Below, one piece after another: positions 38,162 through 49,429 of a DNA stretch of 64,000 bases. The DNA lies in assembly GCF_006345805.1 (NCBI RefSeq), contig NC_043001.1, positions 5,084,001 to 5,148,000 on the forward strand. Reading direction: 5' to 3'. How positions within the stretch are numbered: position 1 is the stretch's first letter; each line of letters begins with the position of its first letter. The notes under the pieces were generated by a model, which was given only the letters and a program-made list of their open reading frames with translations, had not been told where the DNA came from and ran no database searches. The stretch is from Octopus sinensis (Eukaryota). The translations under genes and the position numbers were made by a program.

Positions 38162-41100
38162 TTTTTTTTTCTTCTTTCAAATTTGCTTCCATTTCTTGCC
38201 GAGTGTCTTCCCGACTCCTAGGGCAAAGAAACTCATAGTATACATTGGTAGGCCATTAAACCAAATTCAATAGTTCGTTCATTTTTTTTTTTTTTTGTTA
38301 AGTTAAATTAAAATACTTGAGCAGCAACAGTTCTCACATCGACAATGCTCTTCTCAATACGTGTGATGTACCAGTTAAGAAAATCTTTTGCACTTCTTGC
38401 AGGGATGGTAAGCCAGGGATCATTCTCATATAATTTTCGGTTCCCTTCTTGATCATTCCTAGTGCTCCTACGATCACTGGTATTGTAACCGCCTTGAGAT
38501 GCCACATTTTCTCAATTTCAATGAGTAGGTCTTTATATTTTCTGAGCTTGGCAAACTATTTCGCTGAGATATTATGATCACAGGGGATGCTCATGTCGAT
38601 CAATAAGCAAACTTTATTGTTTTGGTCTTTCACAACAATATCTGGTTTATTGGCCTTGATGGTTCGGTCTATATGTACTGGAAAGTCCCACAGAATGGTT
38701 ACATTTTCTCCTTCAGTTACAGCCTCAGGGTGGTGATTATACCACTTGTCGGCAGTTTTGATATTGTAATGCCGACTTATTAGCCAGTGGAGATATTGGC
38801 CAACTCTGTCATGTCTTAATTTATACTCCACTGGTGCTAAGACTTTACATCCAGAGATTAGGTGGTCCACTGTTTCAATCATGTCGTTGCAGAATCGGCA
38901 TTTTGGGTGTGCTCCATTTTTCATCACATTGGTCTGGTAGTTCCGGGTTAATAGGCTTTGATCTTGAGCAGCCAGGATGAAACCTTCGCTCTCTGCTTTT
39001 AGCCCTGAGCTCCGTAGCCACTGATGGGTTTGCTTCTGGTCAACATCAGCTTGTTTGCTGCGGGTCACATATTTGTCGTGCAGAGGTTTCTCCTCCAACC
39101 TATCAGCCAATTGCTCGTGCGCTTTTTTCGTTGCCATCATTGTCACCTTCTTTGCAACAACAGTTGCCGTACTTCCCTCGGGTTGTTCAGTTTGGGTATC
39201 CTGCACGAGATCAATAGCAAATTTTTTGCTTTCCTTTATAATAGAATGAAGCTTCTTTCGTCTCTCGTGATTTTCCACGAGCTTTAGCATCCAGTCATTC
39301 GATATTTCGAGATATTTGGCCAGTCCAATTGTGGTTGTTTTGTAAGCTAGTTCAAATTGGATCAGGCCTCGACCTCCTTGGGCTGGGAAGGTAAAGGCGA
39401 TCTACGTCTGCCTTTGGGTGGTGCATCCTATTACAACTCAGCAGCTTGCGTTTTTTCCTATATATATTCTTTACTTCACTCATATTCCAGTTCAACACAT
39501 TGTAGCTATAAGTAACAACTGGAACTGCTAAGGAATTTATAGCTAACACCTTGTTACGTGCATTTAGTTCAGATTTCAGGACTGCACGAACTCTCCTATA
39601 ACATTCCTTCCTGATCTTCTCTTTCATGCTTGCATGCTGAATACCAGAACCTTCATTTATCCCTAAATATTTGTATGTTTGTTCTTGCTCAAGCTCTCTT
39701 ATGAGTGTGTCAACATCTAACACGAGTGAATTTGTGGTCTTCACTTTCCCTATCTGGAAAGTGTCCTTGGCACACTTCTCAAGTCCAAACTCCATCCCGA
39801 TGTCATCGCTGAATGCTTTCATGGTGCGCAATAGGCCTTCAAGTTCATTATTGTCTTTACCATAAAGTTTTAAGTCATCCATATAAAATAGAAGGCTTAT
39901 TTTTTTATTGGCAATTTTATACCCATACCCTGTTCTGTTTAATTCACTTGTAAGGGGTATTAAGGCTATGCAGAATATTAAAGGTGAAAATGAGTCACCT
40001 TGAAAAATTCCACAGTTGATGTTTATATTTTCTGAGGCAAGTACTCCATTAGAGTGGTATAATTGGAGATTCGTATTCCACAACGACATATTGTGCTTCA
40101 GGAAGTTTGAAATCACAGGGGATATTTTGAAGATGTCCAGCGATCTCAAGATCCATGGATGCGGTATACTGTCGAAGGCCTTTTTATAGTCAATCCATGC
40201 GGTGCTGAGATTTCTGCGCTTGTTGTGACAGTTCTCAAGGATCATACGATTGATTAGCAGTTGATCATTGCATCCGTAAGAGCCTCGGCGTCACCCTTTT
40301 TGTTCAATGGGGAAAATATCGTTCTTCTCCATGAATGCATATGTTTTCTCCGCCAGGATAGATGTTAGGATGTTATACGTGGTGGATAGACAGGTTATAG
40401 GCCGATAGTTTTTTGGAAGGTTGGTTTCGTTATTCTTTGGGAGTAGGTAAGTAATGCCACTTGCTAACCATTCAGGTGTTTTCTTTGGGTCTCTCATAAT
40501 TCCATTGAGCAGCTGAACTAGCTTACCGTGTGCGCATGGGAGCGATGCGAGCCAGAAATTCGGCACCCTATCTTTACCGGGGGATTTCCAATTATGGGCC
40601 TTCGTGAGTGCCTTTCTTAGGTCTGCTATTGTGATGTCTTCCCATGCTTGTTGTTGTAAATTTTGGTAGGATCCTTCAGTTTGTATAATCCAGTCTGCAT
40701 TTATGTTGTACGTCTTCTTGTCACTCCAAATCCTTTTCCAAAAGTTTTGAACTTCTTCCATGGGAAGGGGGTCTTTAACGGTTACTTTCTCCTTCCCTAT
40801 TTCTCTGTAGAAGTTTTTGGCATTGGATGTGAACAGCTTATTTTGCTTGTAAAACTTGTTTCTCTTCTCAAATCTTCGTATTCTTTGGGCTTTTGCTTGG
40901 ACTTTTTGTTTCAGCGTTTCTTTTATTGATATCAGTTCTTCCCTTGGTGAGGATCCAAATTTTCTCTTCATCTTTCTTCCTGTTCTGGATCTTACATCAT
41001 TTCCACATATTAGTTCATTTAATATTGATATTTCCCCTCTCATAAATTCAATCTCTTTTTCAATTTTACTTCTCCAGGTTTGATTTCTTCCCAGGTTTTG

Positions 41101-42021
41101 TTTTCTTTGTTTTTTCGGGGGAATACAGCTGGTTTCAATTGCCCTAGCAGAAGCGTAAATAATTTCATTTAACTCAGTAAAATCAGGTTTTAATTCTCGT
41201 ATTATTTCATTTGTTACATAGTTGCCAATTTGGATTTGTTTTTTATTTTGGTTTGTATTTGAGAGTTTATGAAGTGGTTCTCTATCATTCATACTTGTAT
41301 GTCTTACAACTTCAAGCGTATTCAGGATTTTCTGCCTCATTTCTGCCATAGACTCTCTGTGTTCTTCAGCAAATGCGAGATCTTCAGTTACTGTTGTTTT
41401 TTCGTTTTCCTGGCTATCTTTAACAGGTACAATAGAATTTCTTGTATCTTCAGGCCTTTACGTACTTTGGTCAGATGGCAGTCTTTCAATTAAGCCTCGT
41501 GGCGGGCTATACTGTTCATCTGATTCTTTATTTCCTTTGTGTCTTATATTTATGTCATTTTCCGTTACGTGCTTGATCGCGCTTATTTCACTGTCTGTGA
41601 GTCTGTTATTTCTAAGGATATCCCTCCTCACATTTGCTAATTTGTTCTCGTCCAAATAGGGCCTACTGCCTTGATTCCGTGTTCTCCATATACTGTAAGA
41701 GTTTGCGGTGTGTCTCTCTTGAGATGGCCTACCTAATGCATAGTAATAAGCGTATATTACTTCTTTATACTCTTCTAGGGTCCATTTGTTCCGCTTACAT
41801 TTTTCTTTCTGTGGTGGTTGTGGTGGTGAAATTGGAGGGCTCGAGTTGGGGGATTTCCCGTTCAAGTGACCATCCATGTCCGTATTCGGAGAAGAGTTTG
41901 TGCCAGTTGATGACTTTTCGATCCCAGGCTGGCTCTTCCCTGGGGGACGCGCTTCCAGATTAACTATAGGACAAGCGATTTGGTATACTGATTTAGTTTT
42001 CCTTTTAGTTTCCAAAAACAT
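38161..42021 (-). mobile_element. Near full-length R4/Dong-type retrotransposon (third family), disrupted
   Basis: ORFs 41458-42021 (N-terminal KWTLEEYKEVIYAYYYA), 40291-41349 (WKSPGKD, YRPITCL), 39352-40245 (IDYKKAFDS, FYMDDLK), 38556-39290 (CRFCNDMIETVDHLISGC, RHD, KPDIVV). The 3' UTR ends in (TAA)n. The true 5' end is uncertain and may reach 42594. Confidence 0.9.
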
Positions 42022-42592
42022 TTTGGTGCTACGATAATGTTATCATTTTTTAGCTTTGATTGGCTCGTGGGGAGACGGCCATCATTGCCGTTACAATTAT
42101 AATCGTACCATTATAGCAGCCGTAGTCGGCTTATTATTGTTATTATCATCACCATTATTATCACTATCATCATTATCACCACCATTACCATCATCATTAT
42201 CATCATCACCATCACCATCACCACCATCATCATCAATGATATTGTTTTATGTGTAGTCACAGCAGTATCTTATTATTGTTATTTTTGTTTTTTTATCATT
42301 ATCACCATCACAGTAGTGTCTGTCTGTCTCGTTGGCTGGCTTGGTGGTTGGCTGGCTGACTGTCTTCAATGCCAGAGTTCTTGCCTGTCAAATAATACTT
42401 TCATATTTGGTTAACAATAGAGCCGAGGTGAGGTTTTGTGTTGGTTGAACTCTTTGAGTGTGTGTGTGTGCAGATAGATAGATAGATTATCAGCACTATT
42501 ACTATCATTATTATCATCATCACCATCATCACCATCACCATCAGTGATATTTTTTTTTTTTAGGTGGGGTCCTATCGGTCAAAAAAAAAAGA

Positions 42593-42623
<31 letters not shown>

Positions 42624-42624
<1 letters not shown>

Positions 42625-42690
42625 GGTCACTGTCTGAAATCGAACTCTGAATATTGGGATTAATAGCACGCACTCTTAACCCCAACGCCA
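42624..42690 (-). mobile_element. tRNA-derived SINE head followed by (AAT)n
   Basis: Minus strand: TGGCGTTGGGGTTAAGAG (A-box-like)...GAGTTCGATTTC (B-box)...GTGACCTT, then (AAT)n at 42595-42623. Confidence 0.7.
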
Positions 42691-42722
42691 AAGATTCCGA
42701 GTTCGATTCCAGGTCGTGATCC

Positions 42723-42798
<76 letters not shown>

Positions 42799-42950
42799 GA
42801 ACAACAACAACAACAACATCGAAAAATACCTTAGGAAAGAGAACCCAGGTTCGAAATTCCCAAGACACCTTATGAAGGCTGGATGATATATCAACCGAAA
42901 CGTTGTGTTAACAAGAAACAAGATGATGACAAATATTTGTCAAATGTAAA
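42688..42950 (+). mobile_element. B-box half of the same tRNA head + (AAT/AAC)n + family H module (hammerhead core mutated)
   Basis: GAGTTCGATTCCAGGTCGTGATCCG (B-box 42701-42710), repeat linker 42724-42814, module 42815-42950. The motif at 42864-42909 has CUUAUGA instead of CUGAUGA. Confidence 0.75.
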
Positions 42951-44295
42951 GTCGTCTTAAGTATAGAACTGTGTTATATATATTTCATATTTGACCATCA
43001 AATATTAACGAAAAAATGTCTTTGAGTGTCACTTCATTTTTGTCGCTTAGAAACGCAGCAGTTCCGCATTCTTTATTGGTCTATTGTTTTTATTTTCTAT
43101 AACTTCAAGGTTGCTACCGGTGTAATGTTTGACCAGAATGTTAATGAATTTCTTTTCAATGAAAAACAAAATTGTTTCGAATATTTAAATTTATTAAAAT
43201 AAAATATTATTATCAACGTTGATGTCACTTGCAGCCGAAAACTGCGGATCACCTGCAGATGACCAGGCACAATTTTAGTCCTGTAACCGTCAGGTCTAAC
43301 ATAGTGATGCACCTTCAAAAGCTTCTTGGAAACTTCTCTGCTGTCCAACTCTATAAACCAATTTTGCTGTCAAACAAGCCCGAAAGATTCACACTTTTAC
43401 TTCTCACCCAAACCCACCCAAAACTTAATTGCAACTAAGTGCCAGCCCCTGTATCCACTCTACACCATCGAGGTCGCTGTCATCCATTCATATTCTGCCG
43501 CACCTTTAATCAAAATTTGCATAAACGTCCATCTTTACTTCCACTTCTTCCATTTTCCTCTCACATATCAACCGCAAACACTCCATTGCTCGCTAAATCG
43601 ATTACGTCAGCGCCAACATATCAAATATTTTACCGAGATTTTCGAGAAAATTAATGCCTGGTATACTTCCGCATTCATTCTACTGTGTTATCATTCTACC
43701 GTGTGTTCATAAAATGCGCGATATAACTACTCTAATTATTTAACGACTCGCCATACGTTTGCATTTAGTGATGTTTAATGAGAAGGAATCAGCGAAATAA
43801 TTTGCCATATTCTGAGAGATCAAAATCAGCAACAACCGTATTCTCATTTAATTCTCTGTAATTAATACGAATGGCAGTGTTGATTCCCGAGAATTTTCCC
43901 GTCCAGAAGGAGTCTTTGTATTCAATTATGTACATTTTACATAAGATGAAATTTTAATTCTTCGAAAGTCTGGCGTGAACAAATCAGATAAAAGAACGAC
44001 ATTATACTAAATAGTTTTTCATGCTACACGCATTAAAATTACTGCGCTGTCACTTTAGAGGCAATTGGAAATCTAACACGTAATTTTTCCCTGCTCTCTT
44101 CGAAAAGCCTTCGCCGGTGAAGGGAATTATTAGCCAATTCCATTTCAACCTCCATCGGTATACTCATGTATAATACGTGAGGCTCGAAACGTTAAAGACT
44201 TGTTTTATTTATATTTCCTGAGCGCCATACTAATACAATTGTTCGTTTGTTTTCCACCTGCCTTCGTCTTTTGTTTATTTTCATAAAGCTTCCCG

Positions 44296-44361
<66 letters not shown>

Positions 44362-44511
44362 TATGTATGTATATACACACACATACATATACATGTAATA
44401 ATAAATTAGTATAAGATCTTTAATAATAATAATTTAGCCAATTAGTCAGTACTTTAAACCACCGTTTAGGTAAATAATACAAAATATTCTATAATTATAT
44501 GCATAATTATA

Positions 44512-44571
<60 letters not shown>

Positions 44572-44573
44572 AT

Positions 44574-45285
44574 ACTTTATTAAAAGCAGCAAAGATGCTC
44601 AGGGTTTCATGTTCCCGTTCGTCGGAGAGTTCCGTTTAGAATGGAACAAAAAATAAGGTTATAAGGAAAAATATACAATTAGTTTAATAGATACACATTT
44701 GAAAATAGTTTTGTTTAATTGGTCCTTTCAACTAACTGTCGCATGCAATGACAGTCGCATGCAATGAAAACATTGCGGTATAAAAACATCATCTTATAAA
44801 ACATCGAAGAAAACCTTAAATCGAAGCTTATAAAAAAGTGCAGAGCCTGAATACCGAGGGTAAATAATCATCCGTACGTTATTAGTCAATTAATACTTTA
44901 GAAGTTATATCCGTTTAAAAATTTTTTCATGTTGGATTACATATACATTTACACGTTATAGTTGTTTTTGCATTGCAATGCTAGTGTTTTTAAAAAAAGC
45001 CTTCGCCTTTTTTTAGAAATTTAGGCTTCAGCTTCGCCGATGTTCATTTTTATTGTATATACACGTATTTAATTATGTTATACTGCAATTTCTTTGTTGT
45101 ATGCAACCACCACAAAAGGACCAATGATACAAAACGATAATCAAATGTGAATCTATTAAATTAATTGTATATTTTTGCCTATTACCTTCATTTTGTTCCA
45201 TTCTAAACGAAAATGTCCGACGAATGGAAACGTGGAACTGTGAGCAACAGTTTTTGTGATATTTTTGCTACTTTTTATTAAAGCA
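44574..45285. mobile_element. Element bounded by ~155-bp diverged inverted repeats, each with a hammerhead-like motif
   Basis: 44574-44727 is the diverged reverse complement of 45116-45285. Motifs at 44594-44631(-) and 45211-45252(+). Confidence 0.65.
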
Positions 45286-45343
45286 TAATACATTACTTCT
45301 GGTATTCGAGTACTATTTTTTCATCCTTTGTTTGCATTTATGT

Positions 45344-45381
<38 letters not shown>

Positions 45382-45501
45382 GACATACATATTTACATAC
45401 AAACACACATATATACAGTCGCATAGATATTTACATATATATATATATATATACAAATGTATATATGTATATATATATATAATATATATATGTATATATA
45501 A

Positions 45502-45544
<43 letters not shown>

Positions 45545-45793
45545 ATATATATATATAATATATATATATATTATATATATATATATAATATATATATATA
45601 TATACATTTATATACATCTATATATACATATATATATATATACATATATATATACACATTTATATATACATATATATACATATGCATATATATATTATAT
45701 ATATACATATATACATTTGTATATATATATATATATATATGTAAATATCTATGCGACTGTATATATGTGTGTTTGTATGTAAATATGTATGTC

Positions 45794-45830
<37 letters not shown>

Positions 45831-46055
45831 CACATAAATGCAAACAAAGGAGGAAAAAATAGTACTCGAATACCAGACGTAATGTATGATGCTTTAATAA
45901 AAAGTAGCAAAAGTATCACAAAAACTGTTACTCAGAGTTCCACGTTTCCATTCGTCGGACAGTTTCGTTTAGAATGGAACAAAATGAAGGTAATAGGCAA
46001 AAATATACAATTAATTTGATAGATTCACATTTGATTATCGTTTTGTTTCATTGGT

Positions 46056-46059
<4 letters not shown>
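45116..46059. repeat. ~940-bp inverted duplication (palindrome) with a (TA)-rich centre
   Basis: AAGGACCAATGA at 45116 vs TCATTGGTCCTT ending at 46059. The arms match across unique and microsatellite sequence, and the ORF track shows mirror ORFs MHLCGIYIY.. on both strands. Confidence 0.9.
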
Positions 46060-46101
<42 letters not shown>

Positions 46102-46197
46102 GTATATATATCCAGATATATTACATTTTTTGAATGTAACCAAATATGAGTCATTGGAATTTTTTCCTCCGTCGACCTTTTCAACTGGACTTGCCGC

Positions 46198-46232
46198 TTT
46201 TTCTGAAGAAGGGCTTTGCTTGAAACGTCAAA
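46198..46232 (+). ncRNA. Candidate minimal hammerhead ribozyme (separate family)
   Basis: UUUUU-CUGAAGA-A-GGGC-uuu-GCUU-GAAA-CG-UC-AAA. The core is intact but the stems are weak. Confidence 0.5.
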
Positions 46233-46799
46233 CCATATTTCTTTCCTTCTCTGAGCGTTTGCAAATACGTTATATGTAGCATGTCCTCATGTTGTTGTTT
46301 TTTGTGTTTGTTCTTTCCCTTTTGGAATTTTATAAATTCTTCTCCATTAGAAGTGTCTTAGTAAGATGTAGAGATAATATAATTGGAGATGAGAGAGAAC
46401 AGGAATGGTAGAGTGATTTGAGGAAATGATATCAAGGAGATATCAGAATATTGTCCTGGTATATTTAGTGCAGATGAAATAATATTTTGCGAAAATCGTG
46501 CCTCTTATCCGACTTGTTATTTTATTTCTACATTGCTTAATTTTTGTACAACTTCTACAAGTTCTACGATTCTACGGATCCATTTTTCGTAACTAGAGTG
46601 CGACATTTTCATTGAAATTATAAGGCGGCGAACTCGGGGGTTAAAGTTCTTTCTATTTAAGAAACATACATATATCAGTTGGAGTCAAAATTTATTCACT
46701 CCTTCGCGAAAATTTACTTTTAGCTCGGGTGCTAAAAATTAGCACGCTTTTGGTTACTTAGAAAAGGTTTGGCCTTGATTGCTCCAGTTTTCGTTTTTC

Positions 46800-47430
46800 A
46801 AATTAAACATGGCTGCTTTGCTGGAATAGAGATGTGTGATCAGATATCACTGCTACCAAAAATGTGTCAGACGTTGAATTTCGTAACAGGCTTTCAGTGC
46901 AATGCGGGGACAGCGTTTAACCACGTAGAGGAATGAATGAATGCATTGAAAAGTTCAGGTAATAATGATGAACGATAAGATAGGAAGACGCCCTTCAGCT
47001 TCCTCCAGTGACTTGCAAACTCGGTAGACTTGCAAAATCGATAATGTGGCATACTTTCTGCAAATTGCTCATTGTTCTGCAAAGTGATACTAGCTATTAG
47101 GAGAAAATGTCGAGGTCTATTATCAAAAAGACTATTTTGCTGCACGAAAATGCACGACCACATCCGGCATCCGGCAGCGTTGAAGTAATTTAAAAACTGA
47201 GTTTCGTGTTGCTGAAGCATCCAGCATGATGTCCATATTTCTCCTCTTCCGAGTATCACATCTTTGGACAATTCAAACTTCCTTTACGTGCTTCACGATT
47301 TGCTACGGACGAAAAAACACAGCAATCAATGCACAATGGCTGCGAGACAAACCGATGAAATAAACAAAAATTCTGGACAGCTGCAGAAAAGCATCGGAAA
47401 TTAAGGTGACTATGTCAAGAAATGACGTCT
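46800..47430 (+). mobile_element. Old mariner relic
   Basis: LLHENARPH at 47138-47163 and SEYHIFGQF (cf. SDYHLFGPL). No TIR pair identified. Confidence 0.6.
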
Positions 47431-48726
47431 TCAACCCTGGTTTTCATTTAAGAAATAACAGAAACTAGAGAAGTATAATGTTTGATTCTCTTTGTATTTT
47501 CTTTGTTTAATGACTGTTTTTTCATTCAGATCATAGATCGATAGTTTTAGTGCTTGCTCCGTCACAGATTTGATGTTCGATATATGAAATATATAATATT
47601 GTTCGTATTTTCATCTTTTATCCAATATGCAGTAACCGGTAGAATATTTTCTGAAATACTTAATGACAAATGTTATACACTGCTTTGTTGCACACGTAGG
47701 ACGGTGAAAACATGACATCTACCCTCCTCCTTTTTAACCTATTTGCGCTTACATTTCATCTGGAATTATTAAATAGCAGTAATATAGCAGTTCATATGTA
47801 CGCCATGTTTGTACACTACTTTAAATTAATATACAAACGGCTATATTAAAACAACAGCGCTGCTCGTCTAATATGAATTTCAAAGCAGTCGACCTACTAA
47901 AAGTATATAAGGACTCTATTATTCTTTGAAGATACGTTGTTGGTACGTAGATGGAAACATTTTATCATATCTGATATGTTCTGGCGCTAATTGATTAAGT
48001 GTCTATAATTCTGCGTTTCAAACATCATCTAACATAAATATTAATGCAAATGCTTACATATTGAATGTGTATTAGAAATAAGAGAGACGCAGAGGAACAT
48101 AACAATTAAATTCAACAAGCAATGCGTTTGGCGTTTTAAGTGATGTTTTGTTACATTGTATGTCTCTCTCTCTCAAGTCAAACGCATCACGATCAAATTC
48201 AATACATTCTTGTAATGCAGATATTAACGGACAAAGTAAAACCAATGTTCATATTAATAAAGAAAAATTAAAAAATAAAGTCAAATATTGAATTGCGCTC
48301 ACTGTTTAAGATCCTATAGAAAAAAAACTTTCGAACAAGATTTGAAACTATCTACAAAAATGTTGTGTACTTGAATCGTGAAATATTTTGATAAATTATT
48401 TGTTGCTCGTCGGATAAAATACTTGGCGGCAGTTTGCTCATATTTCCGTTCTGAAGTCTTCCGTTTTTCATCCTTCCGCGGTCGTAAACATATACAATAT
48501 TTGAGCAATTGGGTCGAAGTTATCGTCTTCTTACCATCCGCCGAATTTTGCGGTGCCTATGCCAAATATTGAAAGCAACATTATGATAATTGGTTTCAAC
48601 AATTCAGCTACCTCGAAAAGGGATATATGATTGTGCTAACAACTCCAAACACGAAATGCACGTTGATATTGGAGAAATACTTTAATGTAAGTGAAGCAGG
48701 TATGATGATATCATTTCCGTCTAATC

Positions 48727-48900
48727 CACTGGTTCTCAACCGGGGTCAATGTGACTCTTGACCGAGTCCATATAAGATCCCGTTGTTAAAATTTATGGGC
48801 AATGCATTTATCACCATTCTACATCACAGAGAACATTTTAACAATATTTTCATATTATTATTAATGATATAGAATGATAAAAATAGAATAGGATTTATTT
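48727..48900 (+). mobile_element. Possible hAT-type MITE end
   Basis: CACTGGTTCTCAACCGGGG resembles the CAGTGGTTCTCAAC terminus of hAT-Charlie elements. No partner TIR found. Confidence 0.3.
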
Positions 48901-48909
48901 AAACGTCAA

Positions 48910-49355
48910 GGGATTAGACCGCAATCGTCCCTGAACATATCTGGGAATAGACAGGACCGCTACAATACGACACACAGAAATGAAAGAGAAAATTAGGATA
49001 CAACGTTACAAAAGAGTTTGACAAATATTAAACACTGAACTGAATGCTAAAAATAGCGTAATAAGGATAAAAATACTAGCCATACTTGTCGTAAAATACA
49101 ACTTCAACATAAAACACGGGAAAATCGTTCAATTGAGAAATATAGATCGAAAGAAACAGAACAGGATTAACAGTATCCTGAAGGGATCAACCAAAGCAGA
49201 CGCAGAGAGAATATATCTACTCCTCTCAGGAGGAGGCCGTGGCCAAACACAGATAGAGAACTACTATAAAATAACAACAGATGGGGTAGGAAAATATATA
49301 TAAACAAAAAGTCGAAAACTACATGTAATAAAATAGTAGAAGAAAAGGAAAGTCA
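48910..49355 (+). mobile_element. Decayed R4/Dong-type fragment
   Basis: Residual MKEKIR...ILNTELNAKN and PKADAERIYL..GGGRG, homologous to 11990-12300. Confidence 0.65.
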
Positions 49356-49429
49356 GAAAAGATGTGGTCAGCCGTCTCACTGAGCTGGTTTCATATTCTG
49401 CATTTGGCGTTATTGTTTGCTTTTATTAT

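Noticed and set aside
42040-42100. HDV-like ribozyme at the 5' side of the Dong element
   Set aside because: I could not assemble P1, P2 and P4 by hand; only a short P3-like hairpin is present.
42624-42723. Genuine tRNA gene
   Set aside because: A/B boxes are present but the acceptor stem is incomplete, and the context (AAT tails, inversion) indicates a SINE head.
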